In this document: in pieces, positions 46,615-56,121 of the stretch
How the letters are laid out: every line of letters begins with the position of its first letter
Position numbering within the stretch: position 1 is the stretch's first letter
Assembly: GCA_934748015.1 (NCBI GenBank)
Contig: CAKVHF010000003.1
Location: 77,743 to 141,742, forward strand
Reading direction: 5' to 3'
Source of the DNA: an uncultured Clostridia bacterium
GTDB taxonomy: Bacteria > Bacillota > Clostridia > Christensenellales > UBA1242
DNA length: 64,000 nt
Translations under genes and position numbers: made by a program
The notes under the pieces: generated by a model
Database searches by the model: none
What the model was told of the DNA's origin: nothing
The model's input: only the letters and a program-made list of their open reading frames with translations

Positions 46615-48492
46615 CTACATTTCCATGCCAGCATCTCTGTCTGCCTTGCCATTGCCACCTTTGCTACCAGAACCACCGGCTTTGCCGTCTGTTGTTCTTC
46701 CGCTCTTGCCATCTGAGGTGCTCGCACCCTTGCCATCTACTGTACGATCTGGCTTAGCATCTGCTTGTCTATCTTGCTTGGAGTCATCTGCCTTGGCAGG
46801 AGTGTCTTCTCTCTGAGCAGTCTGTTGACTTTCTGGCTTGTTTTGAGTTTCTTGTTGTCTTTCTTTCTTATCATCAGTTTTTTGATCAGGTTTTTCCTGC
46901 TCGGTCTTGCCGTCTTCTTGGCTATTTTCTTTGTTAATTCCAAATACTTTTCCGATTAGACCTTTGCCCATCTTATAACCAAGTCTACTAACTGCTGCCG
47001 TAGCGATGCCATATAATCCTAGTGTACCGATAGCCTGTCCGACAGTAGGCATAGCAACATTAATGATTGTGCCTGCTGCATTGGTCCATGTACCTGCCGC
47101 ACTAGCGTAACTAAGTGCCTGAGGAGCAATATTGGCTAGAGCAACATTGACACCATGCAATGCGGATTGTATACCTGCTTGACCTGCTGCTACATTCCAG
47201 AATGTAGAGATCGCTGGCATAACTGCTGGAGCACATACGCTAGTAAGTAGCAATCCTGCACCTACTGCCGCTGCGATACCTGCACCTACTGCAACACCTT
47301 TCACCCAACCTGGAACTTGTTTCTTGGACTTAACAGTGGCTACTGCTTTAACGCCTGAGATGTTATGATATTTTGTTGTCTTATTATCATTCAAGAATGT
47401 CTCTCTAAGACCTTTATTTAGTTGGACTTTGCCAAAAGCATCTGTAGCATACGATCTACCTTTTTGATCTCTCTGAATATTAGTACCTTCGAAGTTTAAC
47501 CAGCCATTCTTATCTTCTCTTAATACTTGCTTTTCACTTGGCAACTCTAATTCTGATGTGTTTTTTGCTAGGAAATGGTTAAGTTTAGCTCTTTGGATTG
47601 GGCCTAACTCTTTGCCACCTTTCTTACTTACTGTGATAGATTTGCCATTCTGACCATGCAAAGTAACTTCACCATATTTATTCTTATCTACATTAGCAAA
47701 CTTATTGTTGATAGAATCAATAAGATCCCTAGATGTAACATAAGTACCTGCTTGCATAGGGCTAGCATCTGTCTTGGATACAGTTCTAACATTGTGTCTA
47801 GTTACTGTTTTGCCACGATCTTGCTCTGTGTATTGGAAGTCCATTGTGTTACCCTTGGTAACAACAGTCTTAGCAAAGTTAAGTGTGCTATCCGCCTGCA
47901 AGTTCTCTTTCTTAGCCCTAGGCTTAGGTTGAGCCTTAGGTTCTGGCTTAGCACCTTGAGTAGGCTGAGGTGTGGACTGAGTAGTTGGTTGTGGTCTAAC
48001 TGGTGTAGGCTGTGCTGGAGTTGGTTGTGCTGGTTGTCCACTACCCTGCTGTGGAGTTGGTTGTGTCTGCTGTGGGGTCTGAGGTGCTTGTTGCCCTCCA
48101 GTAGGCTGTTGAGGTGTCTGTGCTGTTGGCTGTTGTGGGTTTGCACCTGTCTGTTGACCCTGTTGTGGTTGTTCGGTTCTTATATTATCTCTAGTGTTAA
48201 GATCTCTTATTAGATCATTGATTGTATTTGTTGTCTCTGCCGAAATAACCCCTTCGCTAAGTCTGTTGCCAGATATAACACTAAGAGCTGTGTTAGCACG
48301 CAACATCTTGTTGGCGTCATTGCCATACATTTCTACAAATTCGGTTCTGAAACGATTGATAATATTGCTACGATTGCTAGTTATTGCTTGTCTTGCAAAA
48401 TCATTCTTCTGTCTAGAGTTGCTGAAACTATTGTAGATAGTAAGAAACTCCCTTGCTCCCATATGTTCGAAATCATATTGTTGTTCTGCCAT
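46615..48492 (-). CDS. Hypothetical 625-aa protein: helical N-domain, Gln/Pro-rich linker, Lys-rich beta region, Gly/Ala-rich membrane segment, charged tail
   Basis: There is no signal peptide. The QP tract is EQPQQGQQTGANPQQPTAQTPQQPTGGQQAPQTPQQTQPTPQQ. The hydrophobic block is VKGVAVGAGIAAAVGAGLLLTSVCAPAV...GLYGIATAAV. The tail is rich in K/D/E/Q/G. Confidence 0.55.
   Translation of the reverse strand: MAEQQYDFEHMGAREFLTIYNSFSNSRQKNDFARQAITSNRSNIINRFRTEFVEMYGNDANKMLRANTALSVISGNRLSEGVISAETTNTINDLIRDLNTRDNIRTEQPQQGQQTGANPQQPTAQTPQQPTGGQQAPQTPQQTQPTPQQGSGQPAQPTPAQPTPVRPQPTTQSTPQPTQGAKPEPKAQPKPRAKKENLQADSTLNFAKTVVTKGNTMDFQYTEQDRGKTVTRHNVRTVSKTDASPMQAGTYVTSRDLIDSINNKFANVDKNKYGEVTLHGQNGKSITVSKKGGKELGPIQRAKLNHFLAKNTSELELPSEKQVLREDKNGWLNFEGTNIQRDQKGRSYATDAFGKVQLNKGLRETFLNDNKTTKYHNISGVKAVATVKSKKQVPGWVKGVAVGAGIAAAVGAGLLLTSVCAPAVMPAISTFWNVAAGQAGIQSALHGVNVALANIAPQALSYASAAGTWTNAAGTIINVAMPTVGQAIGTLGLYGIATAAVSRLGYKMGKGLIGKVFGINKENSQEDGKTEQEKPDQKTDDKKERQQETQNKPESQQTAQREDTPAKADDSKQDRQADAKPDRTVDGKGASTSDGKSGRTTDGKAGGSGSKGGNGKADRDAGMEM
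47908..48174 (-). repeat. Low-complexity imperfect CAR/CCN repeat tract encoding the Gln/Pro/Thr linker
   Basis: aa ~107-195 of the 625-aa ORF. The tract generates long spurious ORFs in other frames (47656-48213 plus strand, 47802-48146 minus strand). Confidence 0.7.
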
Positions 48493-49259
48493 TATACTTT
48501 ATCTCCTATGTACACATATTGTTGATTATATTATACTACAAATTCACCTTGTACACAAGTTTTTGGGATATAAAAATCTGTCAAAAATGATAGTATTGTA
48601 TCAAAAAACTAGGTTTAGCATAGTATTGCCTTGAATTTAGTTGTTTTACCCATAAACGACAAAAATGTAAATATGTTGCCACTATTTTTTTAATTTTAGC
48701 ACATTTTCTATTGATTTTTGAGTAAAATTAGTGTAATATATTGCGTAGTAGATTAGATTTTGTATAGGGTTGTGCAAAAAATAGTTAGTGTTGCAGATAT
48801 GCTACTAACATGCACTTATCCTCTAAATTTAAGTATAAAAATAGCACTTTCGATAAAATAAAATTGACGAAATGCTTTAAGATTTTTTTTGTTTGCTTAT
48901 TTCAAGGTTGCTGTAAACAATATTTAAGCAAAAATTATTGTATCATTATCCACTGCTGATAAAAATTATAAGATTGATAGAATATATAGTGGAAAAAAAT
49001 GCAGATAAGCATAATTAATATATTGGTCAAAAATATAGAGTTTTCTTTGCAAACCAGTGTTTTTATCGGGAAAAAAGAAAGAACAACTATGGATACAATA
49101 TGGCAACAACTGCAGTAAAAGTTTTGAGATATAAATAAGTATTTTTTGCAAATAAACCAAAACTTTAGCAAGGTTAACCAAAAGCAAAACAAAAAAATAA
49201 ACAAATATAAAATTACTAATCATAAAAAACATAATATACAAAAAAACAAGGAGAACAAA

Positions 49260-50921
49260 ATGAAAAACAATTCGCAATTAAAATTATCTTTCCTAGGTGG
49301 CGTAGGCGAAGTAGGAAAGAACATGATGGTACTAGAATATGGCGAAGACATGATCATTGTGGACTGCGGTGTTGCATTTCCTAGTGATGACATGCCCGGC
49401 ATTGACCTAGTTATCCCCGATTTCAGTTATGTAATCAAAAACAAAAATCGTATCAAAGCAGTTATTATTACTCACGGACACGAAGATCACATAGGAGCAT
49501 TGCCATATTTAATGCAAGAGATCAATGCACCAGTGTATGCTAGCCGTCTATCTGCAGCATTGATAGACAACAAATTGAAAGAGCACAAAAAGAAGTTCAA
49601 GACCAATGTAGTAAAAAACAAGAGCATTGTAAAAGCAGGATGCTTCACAATTGAGTTCGTAAAAGTAACCCACAGCATATCTGGTTCTATGGGTATTGCA
49701 GTAACCACCCCTATTGGTGTATGGTTTCACACAGGAGACTTCAAGATGGACTTCACCCCTATCGATGGTGAACCTATTGACCTAATAAGACTGGCAGAGA
49801 TCAGTAAGAAAGGTGTACTACTACTAACGGCAGACTCCACCAATGCTGAGCGTCCAGGCTTTAGTATGAGTGAAAAGAAAGTAGGTGCAACCCTAGATGG
49901 GCTATTTGCACAAAACAAGCAAAAGCGTATTATTATAGCCACATTTGCTTCCAACGTACATCGTATCCAACAGATACTGGACTTGTGCGAAAAATATGGA
50001 AGAAAGACAGTCTTCACTGGCAGAAGCATGCAGAATGTATGTGAGACCGCTAGCAAGATTGGCGAACTACGATACAACAGAGAGAATATCACAGATGTGA
50101 ATTCGCTTAACAAATATGATGATGATAAGATCTGTATCTTATGCACAGGTAGCCAAGGTGAGCCTAATAGTGCCCTATCTCGTATGGCAAATGGTGAGTT
50201 CCCTAAGGTAGAGATCACCAACAACGATTATATCATCTTCAGTGCTTCCGCCATCCCTGGCAACGAGAAAGAAATCGGCGAAGTTATCAACGCACTATAC
50301 AAGAAAGGTGCAAGTGTAATATATGAATCTCTAGCGGAGGTTCACGTATCAGGACACGCATATCAAGAAGAATTGAAGACAATCCAAAGCATTATTAGAC
50401 CAAAATTTTTTGTTCCATGTCATGGTGAATTCCGTCACCTAAGAGCACATGCCAACATCTCTATGGATCTAGGCAAGAAGGAAAGAGAAATAGTCATCCC
50501 AGATCTAGGCGACACTATAACTATTACCCCTAACAGTATCAAGAAGAGCGGTCAAGTACCTGCTGGCATCAAGTTGATCGATGGCATGGATATCAGTTCT
50601 GCCAACGGGGTTGTGCAAAGGGATCGTATGCAACTAGCAACCGAAGGTCTATGTGTAGTTGTTCTTACAATATCTAGCAAGAACTATGTACTAACAAGCA
50701 AGCCAGACATTGTAACTAAGGGCTTCATATATGCTAACGACAATGCCAATATCATAGAAGAGGCTAAAGATATGGTTGTTAATACCATCCTTAATGCCAA
50801 CTTCAAGGCAAATGATTGGAGTGTTATCAAGGACTCTATCCGCAAGAACTTAGGCAACCTATTCTTCAAAGCTCTAAAACGAAAGCCAATAATTATCCCT
50901 ATCATTGTATCTACAATGTAA
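49260..50921 (+). CDS. rnj: Ribonuclease J
   Basis: MKNNSQLKLSFLGGVGEVGKNM. The metallo-beta-lactamase motif is ITHGHEDHIGALP. VHVSGHA is also present. ATG 49260 follows AAGGAGAACAAA. Confidence 0.92.
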   Translation: MKNNSQLKLSFLGGVGEVGKNMMVLEYGEDMIIVDCGVAFPSDDMPGIDLVIPDFSYVIKNKNRIKAVIITHGHEDHIGALPYLMQEINAPVYASRLSAALIDNKLKEHKKKFKTNVVKNKSIVKAGCFTIEFVKVTHSISGSMGIAVTTPIGVWFHTGDFKMDFTPIDGEPIDLIRLAEISKKGVLLLTADSTNAERPGFSMSEKKVGATLDGLFAQNKQKRIIIATFASNVHRIQQILDLCEKYGRKTVFTGRSMQNVCETASKIGELRYNRENITDVNSLNKYDDDKICILCTGSQGEPNSALSRMANGEFPKVEITNNDYIIFSASAIPGNEKEIGEVINALYKKGASVIYESLAEVHVSGHAYQEELKTIQSIIRPKFFVPCHGEFRHLRAHANISMDLGKKEREIVIPDLGDTITITPNSIKKSGQVPAGIKLIDGMDISSANGVVQRDRMQLATEGLCVVVLTISSKNYVLTSKPDIVTKGFIYANDNANIIEEAKDMVVNTILNANFKANDWSVIKDSIRKNLGNLFFKALKRKPIIIPIIVSTM

Positions 50922-50952
50922 TATAGAGATCGTACTAATAGCAATAAATAAA

Positions 50953-50997
50953 GCGATAATTGGAACTTCTTTCTTCGATTATCGCCTTTTTTGTTTT
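50953..50997 (+). terminator. Terminator of rnj
   Basis: GCGATAAT (50953-50960) pairs with ATTATCGC (50978-50985). CTTTTTTGTTTT follows. Confidence 0.7.
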
Positions 50998-51284
50998 AAC
51001 CAAAACCTCATATATATTATCTCCAACATGGTAAGTAAGATTTTGTATAGCAAAACACCTAATCATTCAAGATGCTAGAGGAGAAATCGTCAAAAAGATA
51101 CACCGAAATTGTTGTAGGAAAGCACCCATAGTATACCTGTTATAAAATATCTGTAATTAAAAAGCAATTTACAAAATGAAGTTAATTAAAAATAAAAATT
51201 TTTAAAAAAATTGTAAGTAGAATATTTTGTAATTTATTGCAATATGATATAATATAATAGTACTAAACAAAAAGGAGAAAAATT

Positions 51285-51506
51285 ATGGCAAAGAAATTAA
51301 AAGCTTATTTCGGTCTACCTTACATTGTATCTTTGATCCTTACTATTATCCCAGTAACTCACTGGATCCTTAGTGGTGTGACAAGAATTATGAGAGGTCA
51401 TGTAATTGCTGGTATCCTTAACTTGATCCCAGGTGTTAACTTTGTGTTCTGGGTTATTGACCTAGTTACAATGATTACTGCAAGAGATATCACTATCTTC
51501 GCTTAG
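51285..51506 (+). CDS. Small two-TM membrane protein (73 aa)
   Basis: The RBS is AAAGGAGAAAAATT. An extended -10 (TGATATAAT) lies ~30 nt upstream. The helices are LPYIVSLILTIIPVTHWIL and GVNFVFWVIDLVTMI. Confidence 0.5.
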   Translation: MAKKLKAYFGLPYIVSLILTIIPVTHWILSGVTRIMRGHVIAGILNLIPGVNFVFWVIDLVTMITARDITIFA

Positions 51507-51540
51507 AAATACTTTTCAAGCCAATTTGTGATAGACGACA

Positions 51541-51583
51541 AAAAAACTGCTAGAGTGTGTAAGGCTCTCTAGCAGTTTTTTTT
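51541..51583. terminator. Bidirectional terminator
   Basis: CTGCTAGAG (51547-51555) pairs with CTCTAGCAG (51567-51575). It is flanked by A6 and T8 runs. Confidence 0.8.
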
Positions 51584-51799
51584 GCTGTATAAGATATACA
51601 ATAATGTAAGTTGTATCTAATATTATTTTAATTCAAAAATCAAGTTATAACTAAATACCTACCGATACTAATTAGTAAATACACAATACTAATTTTGTTT
51701 TAATCTCTAAACATAATTGCTAACAACCGATATATTTTGCAATACAAAATGAGTAAAATTTATACATTTTCTATACGTTCTTTTGATGTATGCAAACTA

Positions 51800-53449
51800 T
51801 TAAAAAATGCCTTTAATTTCCCCTTTGTCAGATATAAACATTCTCTCATATGCAGGAGATTTATTTAGTCCTGGCATAAGTAACATCTTGCCCAAGCACA
51901 CAACTACAAACCCAGCACCATTGCGGATCTCAACATCTCTTACTGTTATTTCAAAACCACCTGGCTCGCCAAGTAAGTCCTTATTGTCTGATAGACTATA
52001 TTGTGTTTTTGCTATAATCACTGGCAGGTTCTCTAGACCCAGCTTCTTAACCATTCGCAGATGCGATAATGCATCCTTGGTGTAATTCACCTTTTTTGCA
52101 CCATATATTTTTTTAGCAATTTTGCTAATTTTAGTCTTGATAGGATCAGCAAGGTCATAAGCATATTTCATTTCGTAATTAGTCTCACACTGGGTCATAA
52201 CTAATTGCGCTAGATCAACACAGCCTTTACCACCCTTACCCCAGGCATCATTAACTGCAAATGGTGTATTGGTATTACTTACCAACTTTTCAACTAAGCC
52301 AATCTCTTGCGAAGTATCTGTTGCAAACCTATTAAGTGTAACAACTACCGGCACATTAAACACTTTTCGCATATTATTAACATGTTTCTTAAGATTGGCA
52401 AAGCCAAGGCTGATAGCACTCAAGGACTCTGTCTTAAGATCCTTCTTATCCATTCCGCCATGCAACTTAAGAGCAGGAATAGTTGCAACTATTACAACGC
52501 AGTTGGGCTGTATGCCAAGTGTACGGCACTTATAATCTAAGAATTTCTCAGCACCTAGATCTGCCCCGAAACCGGCTTCAGTAATAGTATATTGACTAGT
52601 CTGCATAGCAATGTTAGTAGCCATAGCACTATTGCATCCATGGGCAATATTGGCAAAAGGTCCGCAGTGAACCAAAGCAGGGGTACCAGCAAGAGTCTGA
52701 ACCAAGTTAGGCTTGATTGCATCCTTAAGTAGTATTGTCATAGCCTCGTGAACTTGCAAGTCTCTAGCATATATAGGCTCTTTCTTCTTATTAAGTCCTA
52801 TCAAAATATTGCCAAGTCTAGTCTTAAGATCTTCTAGGCTAGTAGACATAGATAGTATTGCCATAATCTCGCTTGCTGCTGTGATATTGAACTTGTCTGC
52901 TCTTGTTCTCTTTGTATCCAATGTGACATTAACATTTCTTAATGCTCTATCATTAAGGTCTATACATCGATTGAAAAAAATGTTATTAGGATCTATATCT
53001 AAGCTGTTGCCTTGGAAAATATGATTGTCTATAGCACTGCAAAGTAAATCATTGGCACTAGTTATTGCATGAAAGTCCCCTGTAAAGTGCAAGTTGATAT
53101 CTTCCATAGGGATAACCTGGCTATAGCCACCACCTGTTGCTCCACCTTTAACGCCAAACACTGGTCCCATGGATGGTTCTCTAAGTGCAAGACACACTTT
53201 GCTTCCCAAAGACGCAATAGCATCACCCAAGCCAATTGATACAGTTGTTTTGCCATTGCCTGTGCTAGTCGGGTTGATAGATGTGACCAAGATTAATTTC
53301 GCTTTAGTCTTTGTTCTATATTTCTTGCTTACTTTGGCAATCAAATCGCCATATAGATACAACTCTTTTTTTCTTAAACGCAATTTTTTGGCTATCTTAG
53401 TTATTTTCTTAGGCTTAGCCAAATGTGCAATTTCTATATCTGTTAACAT
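51800..53449 (-). CDS. fhs: Formate--tetrahydrofolate ligase
   Basis: MLTDIEIAHLAKPKKI. The P-loop region is TSINPTSTGNGKTTVSIGL. ATG 53449 lies 8 nt after GGAGGG and overlaps the rdgB stop. Confidence 0.93.
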   Translation of the reverse strand: MLTDIEIAHLAKPKKITKIAKKLRLRKKELYLYGDLIAKVSKKYRTKTKAKLILVTSINPTSTGNGKTTVSIGLGDAIASLGSKVCLALREPSMGPVFGVKGGATGGGYSQVIPMEDINLHFTGDFHAITSANDLLCSAIDNHIFQGNSLDIDPNNIFFNRCIDLNDRALRNVNVTLDTKRTRADKFNITAASEIMAILSMSTSLEDLKTRLGNILIGLNKKKEPIYARDLQVHEAMTILLKDAIKPNLVQTLAGTPALVHCGPFANIAHGCNSAMATNIAMQTSQYTITEAGFGADLGAEKFLDYKCRTLGIQPNCVVIVATIPALKLHGGMDKKDLKTESLSAISLGFANLKKHVNNMRKVFNVPVVVTLNRFATDTSQEIGLVEKLVSNTNTPFAVNDAWGKGGKGCVDLAQLVMTQCETNYEMKYAYDLADPIKTKISKIAKKIYGAKKVNYTKDALSHLRMVKKLGLENLPVIIAKTQYSLSDNKDLLGEPGGFEITVRDVEIRNGAGFVVVCLGKMLLMPGLNKSPAYERMFISDKGEIKGIF

Positions 53450-54057
53450 GACATAACCCTCCATTCATTATTAGCAAGAGACTTTAGCAGATTGTGAACT
53501 GCTTTTGCCCTGTGCGATACACTATTCTTCTCTTCCTCGGTTGCCTCACCAAAACTCTTGCCTAGTTCGTAACTATAGAATAGGCAATCGTAGCAAAACT
53601 CGGTGTTGCCAGCGTACTCCCTTAGTATTTCGCCCTTGGTCTCACCTACACCAACGATACTTTTGCCCTCTGCATTAAGTAGAACCATACAACATGTGAA
53701 ACTTGCAGTTCTGTCATCAACCTTGGCTAGTTCTCTTAATAGTTTCTGTCTATTCTCTTCGTCAGTTGCATTAAGGCTGGCATATCTGGCACTATACACA
53801 CCCGGGTCACCATTTAGTCCATTGCAGATAAGTCCGCTATCATCAGAGAGAACATAGTAGTCTAGGCCTAAGTCATCTAGATATTGTCTTATTGTTCGTG
53901 CCTTGATCATTGCGTTCTCAACAAATGTTGTACCAGTCTCTGCAATGTCTTGGTCAAAGCCGATTTCTCGCATAGTTACGATATTATAATCGGTTATCAT
54001 CTCGGATATTTCCTTGATCTTGTGTTTGTTATTGGATGCTAGTACTATAGTCTTCAT
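53443..54057 (-). CDS. rdgB: Non-canonical purine NTP pyrophosphatase (RdgB/Ham1 family)
   Basis: MKTIVLASNNKHKIKE, ETGTTFVENAMIKA, SHRAKA. Confidence 0.88.
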   Translation of the reverse strand: MKTIVLASNNKHKIKEISEMITDYNIVTMREIGFDQDIAETGTTFVENAMIKARTIRQYLDDLGLDYYVLSDDSGLICNGLNGDPGVYSARYASLNATDEENRQKLLRELAKVDDRTASFTCCMVLLNAEGKSIVGVGETKGEILREYAGNTEFCYDCLFYSYELGKSFGEATEEEKNSVSHRAKAVHNLLKSLANNEWRVMSC

Positions 54058-54092
54058 GTTTCACCTCACGTATTTATTACATCCATATTCTA

Positions 54093-54137
54093 CAAAAAAA
54101 TCACTAACATGGCAAATCATTATCGCATATTAGTGAT
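54093..54137 (-). terminator. Terminator after the HAD hydrolase gene
   Basis: On the minus strand, ATCACTAA...TTAGTGAT (8 bp, 22-nt loop) is followed by TTTTTTT. Confidence 0.5.
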
Positions 54138-54158
54138 TAAATCTTTTTATTAATATAT

Positions 54159-54956
54159 TTACATCTCGGCAACATTGTCAAAGCCGTCAATAATAGCATT
54201 GTGTTCCCTATTGTAGATATTGTCCACCACAATGTCTATTAACTTGCATATTTCGTTAGGGCTAGAAACATTGATGCCTTCTACACCATTTTCCTTCAAG
54301 CAATAGTCATTGCCATCCTTGTTGTCAAATTCGTCACCAAAGAACATAACATCGTCCAAAGTGCGATTGGTGTTGTCACAATATCTCTTAAGTGCTGTAT
54401 ACTTGTTGATATCTTTATCCACTATATCATAGCTTGTTTTGCCACAAATATAGACATTGCTATCCGGAAACTCGCTCTGCAATTGATCCACAAATTGCCT
54501 TCTTTTAGTGCCTTCCGGATCATAATAATTTCGTGCATCGTTAGATAATTCATTGCCAGGTAATGGAACTATAACCATGCCATATTTGTTGATTATATAA
54601 GATTTGCCTTGCACATCGGTGTTGCCGGTAAGTAGTCTAAAATGATCTACCTTACTTGCTACTTCCTGTTCGTCAACTTCTCTTGATGTCAAATTAGTCT
54701 TGTTATTAACCAGCCTACCTCCGATAATATCCGCTTCGGTGTACCCATAATTGCCAATGATATGAAGATCAACATCTTCTATCTGATTATACAGTCTGTC
54801 TATTGATCCACTACTTAAGATAACCACATCTAGTCCGTTCTTCTTAAGCTCTCTCAAAGATTTCCTAACTTCGTCACTTACTTTGTCCAGTCTAGAGTTG
54901 GTTAGCGTCCCGTCCATATCAAATGCAAAAATTTGCTTGCTAGTGATCTTCTTCAT
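54159..54956 (-). CDS. HAD-superfamily hydrolase (subfamily IIB-like)
   Basis: FAFDMDGTLTNSR is motif I. MFFGDEFDNKDGND is the motif IV region. The substrate is unknown. Confidence 0.65.
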   Translation of the reverse strand: MKKITSKQIFAFDMDGTLTNSRLDKVSDEVRKSLRELKKNGLDVVILSSGSIDRLYNQIEDVDLHIIGNYGYTEADIIGGRLVNNKTNLTSREVDEQEVASKVDHFRLLTGNTDVQGKSYIINKYGMVIVPLPGNELSNDARNYYDPEGTKRRQFVDQLQSEFPDSNVYICGKTSYDIVDKDINKYTALKRYCDNTNRTLDDVMFFGDEFDNKDGNDYCLKENGVEGINVSSPNEICKLIDIVVDNIYNREHNAIIDGFDNVAEM

Positions 54957-55026
54957 AACATCCTCTGTATATGTGTTTTTATTGATTGTATATCACAACG
55001 ACACTTTTGTAAATACCATAACCAAA

Positions 55027-56094
55027 TTATTTCGAGTACTTCAGGTTAATTGTACAATCTGGGACTAAATCTATGTCGCTTAGACCCTCGCCACCTCGTA
55101 TCAGATGATATGCCTCAGCACCCACCATTGCACCATTGTCTGTACACTCCACTGGCTTAGGGTAACACAAAGTAATTTTGTTCCTCTTACATTCCTCATC
55201 CATTCTTGTCCTTAAGTAAGAATTGCATGCAACACCACCGGCCAACACGATAGTCTTAAGTTTGAACCTCTTAGCGGTATTGATAGACTTAGCAACCAAC
55301 TCCTCGACTGCTTGTGTCTGAAATGAACAACATACATCATTGACAGAATAAGAGTCACCCTTCTGTGCAATATTATGCAAATAATTGATAACTGCCGTCT
55401 TTAAGCCACTGTAACTAAAATTAGTATCTTTCTTGTTATAGTTGTTTTTCACAAATTGTATATTATTCTCACCCAGTTTAGCAAGTTTGTCAACAATTGG
55501 ACCACCAGGATATCCTAACCCTAGAACCTTAGCCACCTTGTCATACGCCTCACCTATAGCATCATCATGTGTTGTACCCAATACAATGTGCTTAGTGTAA
55601 TCTTCTACCTTAACAAGTGCTGTATGTCCACCTGATACCACCAAAGAAAGATATGGTGGCTTAAGAGTAGGATTGGAAAGATAGTTAGCAGAGATATGTG
55701 CCTTGATGTGATTGACCTTAATAAGTGGCAATTGTCTAGCAAACGCAAGCGACTTAGCATAATTGACACCAACCATAAGCGAGCCGACTAGTCCTGCACC
55801 ATAAGTTACTGCAATAGCATCTATGTCGTCTAGTGTTACTCCTGCCTTACTAAGTGCCTCGGTTGTAATATTGGATATTGCAAGCAAGTGATTTCGGCTA
55901 GCGACCTCTGGAACAACACCACCAAACTTAGTGTGTATGTCTATCTGACTGGAAATAATATTGGACAATACTTCAACACCATTTCTAACAACCGCAACGC
56001 TAGTATCATCACAACTGCTCTCAAACGCAAGTACCACTATATTCTCTTTGTTTTTTAATTTTTGAAACTTTTCTTTTGCTACATCTATATACAT
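55027..56094 (-). CDS. tsaD: tRNA N6-adenosine threonylcarbamoyltransferase
   Basis: LAFESSCDDTSVAVV, HIKAHI, LVVSGGHTAL, AGGVACN. Confidence 0.92.
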   Translation of the reverse strand: MYIDVAKEKFQKLKNKENIVVLAFESSCDDTSVAVVRNGVEVLSNIISSQIDIHTKFGGVVPEVASRNHLLAISNITTEALSKAGVTLDDIDAIAVTYGAGLVGSLMVGVNYAKSLAFARQLPLIKVNHIKAHISANYLSNPTLKPPYLSLVVSGGHTALVKVEDYTKHIVLGTTHDDAIGEAYDKVAKVLGLGYPGGPIVDKLAKLGENNIQFVKNNYNKKDTNFSYSGLKTAVINYLHNIAQKGDSYSVNDVCCSFQTQAVEELVAKSINTAKRFKLKTIVLAGGVACNSYLRTRMDEECKRNKITLCYPKPVECTDNGAMVGAEAYHLIRGGEGLSDIDLVPDCTINLKYSK

Positions 56095-56121
56095 GATTTT
56101 CCCCTAAATTTAGCGACTAAT

